64,000 bases of DNA from Marispirochaeta sp. (lineage in GTDB: Bacteria > Spirochaetota > Spirochaetia > JC444 > Marispirochaetaceae): the NCBI GenBank assembly GCA_963676835.2, contig CAXXFF010000004.1, forward strand, positions 32,001 to 96,000, written 5' to 3'. The first letter of the stretch is position 1; every line of letters begins with the position of its first letter. The position numbers and the translations under genes were made by a program. Of the stretch, positions 18,583 to 28,626 are shown in pieces. The notes under the pieces were generated by a model. The model was not told the DNA's origin. It searched no databases and saw only the letters and a program-made list of their open reading frames with translations.

Positions 18583-19857
18583 ATGGACTCAGTAAAAAGG
18601 ATTCTTTCCCGGATTGAAATACCTAAAATGTACAGGGTAAAAAATAACATAGAAAGCCCGTATATAGCTGATATACCCGGTACCGTACGTCAGATCCTGA
18701 ACAAACCGGAAATTCGTTCAACCATTAAAGAAGGTCAAACTGTTGCAATAACTGTAGGCAGCCGTGGAATCTCAAACAAACCGCTGGTAATTAAAACCCT
18801 GGTTGAAGTTCTGAAAGCATGGGGTGCCGAGCCTTTTATGTTTCCCGCGATGGGCAGTCATGGAGGAGCAGTTGCGGAAGGACAACGGGAAATGCTTATA
18901 AATCTCGGGTTTACAGAAGAGTATATCGGAGCGCCTATAAAATCATCCATGGAAACAGTTCAGATCGGAGAAACTGAATCCGGACTTCCTGTCTATGTAG
19001 ATAAATACGCCTATGAAGCCGACGCCGTAATAATAACCAACCGGGTAAAGGTGCATACCGCTTTTTCCGGTGAAATTGAGAGTGGACTGGTAAAAATGGG
19101 TGTTATCGGACTGGGAAAACAGAAGGGTGCAGAAATCTGCCATGAGCTTGGTTTCGAAGTAATGGAAGCCCGCCTTAAAGAGATATTCGCTGCCACTGTA
19201 GAGAACCTCAACATTCCCTTTGGTCTGGCCCTGATAGAAAACGGACAGCACCAGACTGCAGAACTCCATGCTGTACCAGGCAGGGAAATCCTTACAAAAG
19301 AGGTTGAAATGCAGAAAACGGCAAAACGTCTTCTTGCCCGGGTGCCATTCAAGGAACTCGAGGTTCTGGTGATCGACCAGATAGGGAAAAATATCAGCGG
19401 TACCGGGTTGGATCCTAATGTTGTCGGCCGGTACCACACGGGCCTGGGCAGCGGTGGACCATCCATCCGCAGAATAGCAGTTCTGGATATTACCGATGTT
19501 TCCCACGGAAACGGAGCCGGTCTGGGCATCAGCGACTTTACCACCCAGCGGGCGTATAAAAAGTTTGAATTCGGCCAGACCTACCCCAACCTGCTTACAT
19601 CAAACGTGCCGGTGGCCGGAATGATTCCGGTGGTTATGCCAAACGATAAAATGGCCATGCAGGCTGCCATAAAAACCTGCCTGCTCTGGGACAAATCCGA
19701 GGCCCGGGTTGTCCGCATTAAAGACACCCTTTCTTTGGAAGAATTTGAAGTATCCGAGACACTTCTTGAAGAAGTGAAAGCCAATCCGAAAATGACTGTA
19801 ATTGAAGGACCATACGAACTTAAGTTTGATGATGAGGATAATTTCAGGAAAAGATAG
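18583..19857 (+). CDS. LarA-superfamily (lactate racemase domain, DUF2088/DUF362-like) protein
   Basis: VGSRGI, PAMGSHGG, NRVKVHTAF, SGLVKM, GAEICH, GKNISGTGLD. Confidence 0.8.
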   Translation: MDSVKRILSRIEIPKMYRVKNNIESPYIADIPGTVRQILNKPEIRSTIKEGQTVAITVGSRGISNKPLVIKTLVEVLKAWGAEPFMFPAMGSHGGAVAEGQREMLINLGFTEEYIGAPIKSSMETVQIGETESGLPVYVDKYAYEADAVIITNRVKVHTAFSGEIESGLVKMGVIGLGKQKGAEICHELGFEVMEARLKEIFAATVENLNIPFGLALIENGQHQTAELHAVPGREILTKEVEMQKTAKRLLARVPFKELEVLVIDQIGKNISGTGLDPNVVGRYHTGLGSGGPSIRRIAVLDITDVSHGNGAGLGISDFTTQRAYKKFEFGQTYPNLLTSNVPVAGMIPVVMPNDKMAMQAAIKTCLLWDKSEARVVRIKDTLSLEEFEVSETLLEEVKANPKMTVIEGPYELKFDDEDNFRKR

Positions 19858-19910
19858 GTTAAGGGCATCTCAAAAACGTGGTATTTTACCATAGTCAAGG
19901 TGGATAGATT

Positions 19911-22142
19911 TTATTCAGCTTTTTTAAAAATGAGAGGAGCTGAAACAGCCTGGTCATAATCTTTCTGACTGATCCTTTCCCGCTCAAGCATTATATCCAG
20001 ATAACTGTTCATATGACGGCGCCAGTAATCCGTTACGGCGCCGTCTTCATAATAGCGGTGATAACGCCGTGGAGAAGGAAGCACACTGGCAAGCCAGACA
20101 CTTTCTATAAGCGAAACATCCGCTGCAGATTTGCCGAAGTAGTAACGGGCAGCATAATCCACCCCGTAAATATCCGGGCCGAACTCAACCATATTCAGAT
20201 AGAGCTCCAGTATTCGTTCCCTGGGGATCCCGGCATCGTAGTTGGCGATAAACACAAGAAACGCCTCGTGGAGCTTTCGTACATATTCCCGGTCCATGGT
20301 AAGAAACAGGTTCTTGATCAGCTGCATGGTCAGCGTACTTGCTCCCAGTTCTATATCACCGGCAGCTAAGTTACGGGCCACTGCGTTTTTAAAGGTGTAC
20401 CAGTTGATACCATCATGAAAAAAGAAATCGCCGTCTTCAGCAGTGAGAACAGACTTAATAATCCAGGGGGAAATATTTTCCAGATACACGTAACGGTAGT
20501 CTGGGAGCGGGGTGCCACCGTAGAACAGGCCAAAAGCCTGTCGAGAGCTGTCGGCGTCAATGAAAGCAGGAGTAGATACAGCCCCCGGAGTATCCATATG
20601 CCGGTAAATCCAGCCAGGGGTATGCTCTGAAATATCCAGCATCAGATCAAAACCAACTGATTTTTGAGGAAGCGCTCTTAGATAGAGAGATGTTCCGGGA
20701 ATGTAATGGATAAAACCTTCTGACAGACGATAAATATTCAGCTCTTCGGGAAATGACTCAACCCCGAAATTATTAAGCTCATGGCTGGTACGCCAGTTCA
20801 TCTCGCCTACATTGCCCAGCGGAACCTCCAGATCAAGAGACCAGGCAAGGGTTCCCTTGAGAACCATATCCCGAAAAGGCCCCATTAGCTTTGCAGGAAC
20901 AGCATTTGCAAGAGACTGCACCTCGGTTTCCGGAAGATTAACCCGCAGATCGAAACGGGGGTATCCTGGCTCCTCCCCCGGAAAAATGCCGCGGAGCGCC
21001 GGCAGCACCTCCGCTTCAACTCCGTTAAACCGCAGCTGGCCTCTTCTCATCAGAATCTCGCCGTGCCGGCCGGTCCTTTCCCGGCGCAGTTCATCCTGGT
21101 TTTCGGCTACCACCGCCGGGTTGGAACCGGTAACCTGCCCGAGAATCCTTGGAGGAGGCATCGGGGCCTGGGCGTCCCAGGTAAGGTCGAAACCGTATTC
21201 TGCATTAATGCCGACTACCGGCTGTTCGGAAACTGAAGGCAGCAACACTGCACCGTCATGGAGAGTAACCGACCCCTTTATTCCGGCAATACCGGGAACC
21301 GGCGCTCGAAGTTCTGCCGATAGTGAAAGCCTGCCGCTGATCTGTTTATCTGAAAAGCGCGAACTGATTGAAGCTAATTCCCCCGGATTGATACCGGAAA
21401 CAGCAACTGTTCCTTCTGCCGACTTGCCCTGGTAATTCAGATGCAGACGGCCGGTGCATCCGCCGGAAAATTCCGCGTTCAGAACAGAATCCTGTTTTTC
21501 ATGGTTTAAGGCAAATTGAAAATCAGGTATTGCCTGAATGGTAGTATCACTTTTCTGCAGTTCGATTGAAACTGCATCTATGCTGACCTTCCCGGGGAAG
21601 TAGGGTTTTTCTGCCAGGCTGCCGACTTTTTCCCAGAGAATTTCATCCATAAAACCGGGATTCCGCTTTGACGTGTAGGATTTCCCGGAAAAAACTGCTG
21701 ATATTTCGCCGGATACAGCAGCTGCCTTCGAAACATCAGGCTGCACAGAAACCTGCATACTATTTTCGGCCGAAATATCAAGTGACGCTGCTTCGACTTT
21801 TCTGATCCATTGTGTATCGGTACGGTGAAAAAGATACCCCGGAATATCTATGGAAATTATCAGTTTGGAAAACTCCGAGCGGACCAGAATTTTGCGATCC
21901 GCAACCTTAATCAGCCGTGAAAGCTGCACCCCGTCGCAGCGGAGCCCTGCAAGAGGCACATACAGAGCACGGTTTACCGAGATATTAGCATGGAGAATCG
22001 CCGACATCCTGACTTCAGCGGTATCGATTGCCCCCGGCAGGACCATGAGATTCAGCAGCACGATAAAAAAAACCCCAGCTGCGCAAAACCAGGATAAAAC
22101 AACCAGGATGTATTTAAGGGGTGATGAATTTTTTTTCGTCAT
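19911..22142 (-). CDS. Monofunctional peptidoglycan transglycosylase (GT51) with long N-terminal extension
   Basis: EDGDFFFHDG, GASTLTMQLIKN, RKLHE, ELYLN, AARYYF; N-terminal TM anchor; no transpeptidase domain. Confidence 0.88.
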   Translation of the reverse strand: MTKKNSSPLKYILVVLSWFCAAGVFFIVLLNLMVLPGAIDTAEVRMSAILHANISVNRALYVPLAGLRCDGVQLSRLIKVADRKILVRSEFSKLIISIDIPGYLFHRTDTQWIRKVEAASLDISAENSMQVSVQPDVSKAAAVSGEISAVFSGKSYTSKRNPGFMDEILWEKVGSLAEKPYFPGKVSIDAVSIELQKSDTTIQAIPDFQFALNHEKQDSVLNAEFSGGCTGRLHLNYQGKSAEGTVAVSGINPGELASISSRFSDKQISGRLSLSAELRAPVPGIAGIKGSVTLHDGAVLLPSVSEQPVVGINAEYGFDLTWDAQAPMPPPRILGQVTGSNPAVVAENQDELRRERTGRHGEILMRRGQLRFNGVEAEVLPALRGIFPGEEPGYPRFDLRVNLPETEVQSLANAVPAKLMGPFRDMVLKGTLAWSLDLEVPLGNVGEMNWRTSHELNNFGVESFPEELNIYRLSEGFIHYIPGTSLYLRALPQKSVGFDLMLDISEHTPGWIYRHMDTPGAVSTPAFIDADSSRQAFGLFYGGTPLPDYRYVYLENISPWIIKSVLTAEDGDFFFHDGINWYTFKNAVARNLAAGDIELGASTLTMQLIKNLFLTMDREYVRKLHEAFLVFIANYDAGIPRERILELYLNMVEFGPDIYGVDYAARYYFGKSAADVSLIESVWLASVLPSPRRYHRYYEDGAVTDYWRRHMNSYLDIMLERERISQKDYDQAVSAPLIFKKAE

Positions 22143-22231
22143 TTCGTAGTTATCTGCAATTAGAAAATCGGTTGTATATCAGTACAAGAATGTCATTATT
22201 GTTGAGCGGGGTCAAGTAAGCTGTATTTAAT

Positions 22232-22262
22232 AAAAAGGGCTGCCCTGGTTTCCGGCAGCCCT
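22232..22262 (-). terminator. Intrinsic terminator
   Basis: AGGGCTGCC...GGCAGCCCT with T-run on the minus strand. Confidence 0.7.
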
Positions 22263-22295
22263 CTGAATAATACATCTCAATTCTCTATAAAAGGA

Positions 22296-22805
22296 TTACC
22301 CCTCATTATAGGCATAGTAAAGAATTGAACCAACTGTTGCGAGTGAACCGGAGCTAACAGAAAATGCATCGGTTAAACCTGCATAATACGCACTCTCTCC
22401 ATCGCCTGCTGCGTATTGTACATACTCAAGAAAGACCTGGTAGCTTCCGGACGGCAAATTTGCAAGAATAACCAGTCCTCCAGGCAGAAGAGCCTGGCCA
22501 AGGTAAAATGCCTGAGTATTTAACGGTGCTGCAAACTGTGAAGGATAATAATAACAGCTGTTTGTTTCAACATCTTCTATCCATATAATACTTTCCGAAA
22601 TCATGGCTTCCACATCCGCGACATTGAAAAGATACGCCTTCATATAGTAGCCGTCCCCCGCATAGCCTACCGGAGCCTGAGTAACCATATCCAGACTTAT
22701 GGTAGTCTGGGAATCTTCATCCGCAGGGCTGATATAACAGGAGGTGAGGAAGGTAAACCCGAGAAACAGAACACAAACTCCTGCGAACCGGACAAAATTT
22801 TTCAT
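22296..22805 (-). CDS. Putative lipoprotein
   Basis: MKNFVRFAGVCVLFLGFTFLTS-C lipobox; GGGGAGGA RBS. Confidence 0.7.
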   Translation of the reverse strand: MKNFVRFAGVCVLFLGFTFLTSCYISPADEDSQTTISLDMVTQAPVGYAGDGYYMKAYLFNVADVEAMISESIIWIEDVETNSCYYYPSQFAAPLNTQAFYLGQALLPGGLVILANLPSGSYQVFLEYVQYAAGDGESAYYAGLTDAFSVSSGSLATVGSILYYAYNEG

Positions 22806-22822
22806 TATACTATCCTCCCCTT

Positions 22823-23506
22823 TCACGGCAGCGCCTGACCGCCAACCAGCGACCATACAATTGCCACACCGCCGCCGCCGAAAAAACCGCTCAGATCAAA
22901 GCCCGCCAGAATATCCTCAAGCTGTGCAGCACTGATATTCACATCAAACATCTCATTCAGTGCAGCAATTGTCCCGGGCGGAACTTCAATTCCGTTGGCT
23001 GTTATACTTATACCTGCAGGAACCCCTGCGGTCTGGCCGTAAGAGTTGCCCATGGCCACAAGGCCTTCATCAACATCAAGGGTTGTACCGTCATAGGTAA
23101 AGCTTGTTCCCCGTACCGCAGCGGTGGAAACCGGACTGCGCAGACGGAAATCATTCTGCAGCCCCTGGGTTCGGCTCACATTGGCTTTAACCCGTCCGAC
23201 ACGTAAATATAGATCGGTCTTTACTGTGCCTTCTTTCTCAATAAGTTCATCCAGGCGCATTCTGGTAAGGGGTTTCACCTCAAGGGTTGCTGTACCTACT
23301 TCCAGCACCGCTTCCGACCTGAATCCCGTACTGATGGTTGCTCCCGTAGGTATACGCTGCCCGGACTGAACAGCTGCCCAGCCGGAACCCGGAGTGCGGA
23401 TCTCAACCTTGCCGGAAAAACTTTTTACCACCGCGCTGGTCTCGGCAAAAAGCCCTGCACTCAGCAGCACCAGCAAAACCATGCTGATAATCTTTTTCAT
23501 ATTCAT
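22823..23506 (-). CDS. FecR-domain exported protein
   Basis: Signal peptide, SGKVEI, ISTGFRSEAVL, RSPVSTAAVRGTSF. Confidence 0.85.
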   Translation of the reverse strand: MNMKKIISMVLLVLLSAGLFAETSAVVKSFSGKVEIRTPGSGWAAVQSGQRIPTGATISTGFRSEAVLEVGTATLEVKPLTRMRLDELIEKEGTVKTDLYLRVGRVKANVSRTQGLQNDFRLRSPVSTAAVRGTSFTYDGTTLDVDEGLVAMGNSYGQTAGVPAGISITANGIEVPPGTIAALNEMFDVNISAAQLEDILAGFDLSGFFGGGGVAIVWSLVGGQALP

Positions 23507-23520
23507 AACTTCCTCCAATA

Positions 23521-24660
23521 TTAAAGCCCGATAGAGACATCCAGCTGAATCAGCCCCTGAATGTCACCATCATCCGGCAGATAGGTTCCCATTGTCAGTC
23601 CCGCACCGAAATCAGATGCCGGCTTCATAAGGATCTTGCCCACCAGTTCAGTTCCAAGATACTCGCCGCTGGCTGCGAAGCGGTTTCCCCCCAACACAAA
23701 CTGCAGGTTCCGCAACAGGGGAGACATCTTCTCCGCCCAGGGGCGCATGGAATAATCCAGACTGATCCGGGATGTATTGCTTAAGCCGGGTGAAAAAACT
23801 GTTCCGATGGTAGGTGCCGAGAGGGAAAAGTACCGGGCACTTCCCCAGAGCACTCCGCCGGAAATCCGGGAGTAGAGAATATCCTCAAGAGTATAATATA
23901 GCCCGGATTTCAGTAATATTCCGGAACTGGAGCTTGTAGTATCCATTGCGTTTACCGCAGAGGCATCATAAAACAGCGCATCAGTAATCCTGCCTTCCGC
24001 CGCTATTACTGTATGCAGACTATCGAGCTCATTCTCACCCCTAAGGTCCTTCTGAAGGAGAAACTCCATGGTAAAAAGCTGGCCCTTATCAATGGCGGGA
24101 GCCGCAAGCTTCAGCTGGCTTATCATGCGGTTGGGAGCAAAATAGACATCATCGTCGTTTTCGTCCGCTGAATCCGCAGCTGAGATGCTTATATTCGCCT
24201 CAGGTTTCGTCTGGAGTCCCGTAAAGCCCAATCCGGCGGTAACCGAGTATCCCCCGAAGTCAAAACGTCCCCGGACACCGTCAGCTACATGATTTAAAGC
24301 CATTCGGGTTGAGTCGGTAAATCTGAATCGTCCGATATCAGCATCCAGAACAGCACCGCTGCCGAGAAAATCAGCTTGCTTTACTGCAAGTTTCAGCAGA
24401 TCAGGCTCAATGACAAGCTCTTCATCTTCGTTATAGAGCACATACAGGTTCCCGGAAAGGGTATACAGCATATCCCCGGATTCCCAGCTGTTCTCTGCCC
24501 AAATTGAGGCTTTTTCCCGGGGAGTAAATTCGGTGTCCGCTCCCTCCTGAAAGGTCACAGATCCCCGGCTGTCAATGACAACTCCATAATCCAGAGCAAA
24601 TACCCCGGCGGCGGCAAACAATACCAGACAAATTACAACAACTTTCTTCATAACCTTCAT
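23521..24660 (-). CDS. Putative outer-membrane beta-barrel protein
   Basis: Signal peptide, alternating amphipathic strands, C-terminal IQLDVSIGL. Confidence 0.6.
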   Translation of the reverse strand: MKVMKKVVVICLVLFAAAGVFALDYGVVIDSRGSVTFQEGADTEFTPREKASIWAENSWESGDMLYTLSGNLYVLYNEDEELVIEPDLLKLAVKQADFLGSGAVLDADIGRFRFTDSTRMALNHVADGVRGRFDFGGYSVTAGLGFTGLQTKPEANISISAADSADENDDDVYFAPNRMISQLKLAAPAIDKGQLFTMEFLLQKDLRGENELDSLHTVIAAEGRITDALFYDASAVNAMDTTSSSSGILLKSGLYYTLEDILYSRISGGVLWGSARYFSLSAPTIGTVFSPGLSNTSRISLDYSMRPWAEKMSPLLRNLQFVLGGNRFAASGEYLGTELVGKILMKPASDFGAGLTMGTYLPDDGDIQGLIQLDVSIGL

Positions 24661-25106
24661 GACCGCTCCTCCAGCTCAGTAAGGGCCCGGCCTGTAAGAC
24701 TCAAAGCCTCTTCCCCGCTGATGGAGGACTTCGCATCCCCCCGGGTCTGCAGGATTCCCAGAAACCTGAGATCCCGAACGGCGTACCTTGGTCCTGCAAA
24801 GATAAACGAACCGATTCCGCGGGGCAGATCAAGCTCCTGCTGCAGCAGATAGGCGAACAGCCCCAGACTCACTTCATCCGAAACAGAGTCGACACCGTAT
24901 TTCGCAAGATCAAACTTGCCACGGAGAGCTTCAAATGCATCATCTTTACCCAAGTCCCCAGACTGATCGATACTGAGCAGTATATACGCAGCGGATCCGG
25001 CACTCAAAGATTTTTCCGAGAGTACTGAGTCGATTACGTCATTGGACTGGGCGAAGAGAGGAAGAAACAGTGAAAGAAGGAAGAAACATACAACATATCT
25101 TTTCAT
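24657..25106 (-). CDS. Exported hypothetical protein
   Basis: GAGGA RBS; signal peptide MKRYVVCFFLLSLFLPLFA-QS; ATGA coupling to the barrel gene. Confidence 0.7.
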   Translation of the reverse strand: MKRYVVCFFLLSLFLPLFAQSNDVIDSVLSEKSLSAGSAAYILLSIDQSGDLGKDDAFEALRGKFDLAKYGVDSVSDEVSLGLFAYLLQQELDLPRGIGSFIFAGPRYAVRDLRFLGILQTRGDAKSSISGEEALSLTGRALTELEERS

Positions 25107-25247
25107 ACTTTCCTCATCATGTATAATAACCTTAAATAGCAATGGGAAAAAAATACGTATTTTCCCTGACTTTTGCAAGACTGCTGTTACATTTATGCGA
25201 TGTAGCACAACATTATATACAGTATACACCGGTTTCCGGAGGATAGG

Positions 25248-27962
25248 ATGCGCAGAAAGTTTACATTTCGATATTATTATTTAATTCCCCTGCTGATTAT
25301 CATTTTAACAGGATCACTTCATCTTGTTCCCGGGGTTCAATCCGCGGATCGGGGTATTTATGACCTTTTTCTGCACATAAAGCCTCCTGTAGAGGAGGAT
25401 TCCTCCCTGCTGCTGCTGGATATCGACGACCTGGCTATCTCCCAGGTGGGAACCTGGCCCTGGAGCCGCAGCGTAATCGCCGACGGGCTGCTTATTCTGA
25501 AGGAATTTAATACAGATACGGTGGTTTTCGATATTGAGTATGTTGACGCCAGCCCCCAGGGAGTCAATTCAGAATATCTGAATCAGGAAATTCCCCGGCT
25601 CCTGGAAGCGGACTTCAATGATCTGAACGAAAATATTACCGGACTTTTCAGCGCCCTTCTTGAAGGATATATTCCCCTGGAAGAGGCCGAAGAGTATATC
25701 TTTCAGCTGACCGATATAAGCACCGAAGTCAAAGAATCACTTTTTGATGCAGTACAGGAAGTTGCCCGGAACAACGATGAGTACCTTGGCAGGGCTTTCG
25801 GTGTTTTCGGGAATGCCTGGGCGACGGTTAACATGCTTCCCAATGAGGTTGAACTGATCAAAGTCAGCCCCGAACTTAAAAGTTATGTGGCAGATTCAGT
25901 CCCCCTAAAAAGCGTAACCGCCGATCCTTCTTTTACTGCATCATTAAGCGCTCCGGCGGTGCAGCCTACCATTCTGCCGGTTCTTACCAGGGCCGCAGGG
26001 GCGGGCTTTCCCAACGTGGTTGTTGATGATGACGGAGTCCGCCGCAGAATAGATCTTATGGCCCGCTATGGGGAGGGATACTATGGGCAGCTGGTTTTTG
26101 CCCCGCTTTTGAGCAGGCTGGGAAATCCTGAAATTACTGCAATGAAGGGAACGCTCTCAGTAAAAACCGATGCGGGAGACTTTTCCATTCCCATGGATAC
26201 CGAAGGCAGGATGATCATAAACTGGCCGAAGAAAACCTTCGAAGAGAGCTTTCGCCACCTCTCCTACAATCAGATCGTGGTACATGAAAAGCTCGAGAAG
26301 CAGGTTTTCAGAAATCTCGACATTATGAGCCAGGCGGGGTATCTGGACTTTTTTGACAGCGAATCCTCTCTCCCTGATATCTATCGCTATGCCCAGGCTC
26401 TTAAAAGCGAAATGCTCGAAGGGACCACACCTCAAGACCCGGAAGCCATCAATGAATACATTGCAGTACGCAAGGTCTTTTTCGACTCCTGTGCAGCTCT
26501 TGTAGAAGGTGATACAGAAGAGGCAATCTTAGCAGAAATTGACAGGGTTCTTGCGGACCCCGATCTTGATGCTGCGCTCTGGGAGGAGTATCAGGCCATA
26601 AAGACCGAGGTAACAGACTCTTTTGCAGAAATATCCACGGATATAGCCAGACTTACAGAAATTCGTAAAAACCTGACCGAAGAACTAACAGGCTCCTTTG
26701 TTATCATCGGACAGACCGGAATATCCACTTCCGATATCGGGGTTACCCCCTTTGCCGAAGAATACATGAATGTGGGTACCCATGCTGCGGTGGCGAACAC
26801 TATTTTACAGCAGGATTTTCTGGATGAACTTCCCTGGTGGATGTCCCTTGCTGCGGCGCTGGTGCTTACCCTTATACTCTCTTTTGTAATCCGTCATCTT
26901 TCACCGGTTCACTCTATCGTTTTCGGCCTGCTCTCCATAGTCGCGGTGGTTTCCGCCGGCCTTGCCCTCTTTCTGTTTACCGGGATGTACCTGCCTATTA
27001 TTACACCGCTGTTAATGGTAACCCTTACCTTCCTGACCATCTCGGGTATTAAATTCATTAAAACCGAGGGAGAAAAAAGCTTTCTCCGTTCCGCCTTCTC
27101 CCGTTATCTTTCCGCGGATGTAATCAAGCAGATAATTGATAACCCCGACCGTCTTAACCTGGGAGGCGAAAAGAAGGTTCTTACCGCCATCTTCACCGAC
27201 GTAAAAGGGTTTTCAACCATTTCGGAAAAGCTTGATCCTACAGATCTGGTTAAGCTTCTCAACGAATACCTCACCGCCATGAGCGATACCATCCTCGATC
27301 TTCGGGGAACCATCGATAAATATGAAGGTGATGCTATCATCGCCTTCTTCGGGGCCCCCATAGAAATGCAGGATCATGCCCTTAAAGCATGCCTGTCGGC
27401 AATTCGCATGAAACGGATAGAGATAGAGCTGAACCAGCAATTCACAGAGAGAGGCATGTCTCCCGGGCCGTTGATGACCCGTATCGGAATCAATACCGGC
27501 GACATGGTCGTGGGCAATATGGGAACCCTGCAGAAGATGGATTACACCATTATGGGAAGTGCCGTAAATATGGCAGCCCGTCTGGAAGGGGTTAACAAGC
27601 AATACGGCACCTGGATTCTTACCAGTGAACAAACCAGGAACGCCACCGGGAACACTTTTGTCAGCCGGCAGCTCGACCGCGTACGGGTTGTAGGCATTAA
27701 TGAACCGGTTCGGCTCTATGAGCTGATAGAAGAGCATGACCGGGTCGATGCCAATACCCTGGAAGGTCTTGATACCTTTCATGCCGGGCTGGAACTCTTC
27801 GAAGAGCGGGAGTGGGATAAATGCCAGAAAATGTTCCGTTCAGTTATGAAGATCTTTCCCGATGACGGACCTTCCCAGTTCTATATTGAACGGGCACGCA
27901 AGTACATTACCCAGCCTCCTTCAGACACCTGGGACGGGGTGTTCAATCTGACTCTTAAATAG
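25248..27962 (+). CDS. CHASE2-domain class III adenylate cyclase
   Basis: WPWSR, FDI, DDDGVRR (CHASE2); 3 TM helices; FTDVKGFS, DKYEGD, DYTIMGSAVNMAARLE; TPR-like tail. Confidence 0.93.
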   Translation: MRRKFTFRYYYLIPLLIIILTGSLHLVPGVQSADRGIYDLFLHIKPPVEEDSSLLLLDIDDLAISQVGTWPWSRSVIADGLLILKEFNTDTVVFDIEYVDASPQGVNSEYLNQEIPRLLEADFNDLNENITGLFSALLEGYIPLEEAEEYIFQLTDISTEVKESLFDAVQEVARNNDEYLGRAFGVFGNAWATVNMLPNEVELIKVSPELKSYVADSVPLKSVTADPSFTASLSAPAVQPTILPVLTRAAGAGFPNVVVDDDGVRRRIDLMARYGEGYYGQLVFAPLLSRLGNPEITAMKGTLSVKTDAGDFSIPMDTEGRMIINWPKKTFEESFRHLSYNQIVVHEKLEKQVFRNLDIMSQAGYLDFFDSESSLPDIYRYAQALKSEMLEGTTPQDPEAINEYIAVRKVFFDSCAALVEGDTEEAILAEIDRVLADPDLDAALWEEYQAIKTEVTDSFAEISTDIARLTEIRKNLTEELTGSFVIIGQTGISTSDIGVTPFAEEYMNVGTHAAVANTILQQDFLDELPWWMSLAAALVLTLILSFVIRHLSPVHSIVFGLLSIVAVVSAGLALFLFTGMYLPIITPLLMVTLTFLTISGIKFIKTEGEKSFLRSAFSRYLSADVIKQIIDNPDRLNLGGEKKVLTAIFTDVKGFSTISEKLDPTDLVKLLNEYLTAMSDTILDLRGTIDKYEGDAIIAFFGAPIEMQDHALKACLSAIRMKRIEIELNQQFTERGMSPGPLMTRIGINTGDMVVGNMGTLQKMDYTIMGSAVNMAARLEGVNKQYGTWILTSEQTRNATGNTFVSRQLDRVRVVGINEPVRLYELIEEHDRVDANTLEGLDTFHAGLELFEEREWDKCQKMFRSVMKIFPDDGPSQFYIERARKYITQPPSDTWDGVFNLTLK

Positions 27963-27964
27963 AC

Positions 27965-28591
27965 ATGAGTATACTCTACCTGATCCGGCATGCGGAAAGC
28001 GAAGCAAACCGCAGCCGGATTCTTGCAAGCCGGCTGCCCTACCCTTTGAGCACATCCGGAATGGAAGATGCCCGGCGTATTGCATCGGAGTTGAAGGCAA
28101 TTACGCGCCTGGATGAGATAATCTCTTCACCGCTGCTGCGGGCAAGGCAGACGGCGGACTGTTTCAGCCGGGCATACGCAGACCTTCCGGTAAAAGAAGA
28201 TATCCGGCTTGCGGAACAGGACCTGGGGGCATTTTCCGGGATGAGTTACGATGAAGTTAAAGTGATGGATGATTACGAAAAGAACACCCGGAACCGCTGG
28301 AACTGGATACCCCGGGGAGGCGGTGAATCATATGCCATGATTGCCGAAAGGGTTTCCTCGTTCTTTCAGGCAATGGCAAAAAAGAAACCGGATCAGCGCA
28401 TTCTTGTAGTGACCCATGCGGTGGTGTTCCGACTGATCCGGGGTCTCCTGGACAATACCCTTCCGTCATACCCCTCTTCGTTTCCCAACAACGGAGAGAT
28501 ATGGAAGGTAGACTATTCGGGACGAGCTGCAGCATATACTGTTGAACAGCTTTTTCTGGGCAACAGCAGAGATTTTATTCATAATCCCTGA
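27965..28591 (+). CDS. Histidine phosphatase family protein
   Basis: LIRHAES, SSPLLRARQT, GGES, VVTH. Confidence 0.9.
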   Translation: MSILYLIRHAESEANRSRILASRLPYPLSTSGMEDARRIASELKAITRLDEIISSPLLRARQTADCFSRAYADLPVKEDIRLAEQDLGAFSGMSYDEVKVMDDYEKNTRNRWNWIPRGGGESYAMIAERVSSFFQAMAKKKPDQRILVVTHAVVFRLIRGLLDNTLPSYPSSFPNNGEIWKVDYSGRAAAYTVEQLFLGNSRDFIHNP

Positions 28592-28626
28592 AAGGAAGCT
28601 TCTTCTGCAGCACTGAAAAAGGAGTA

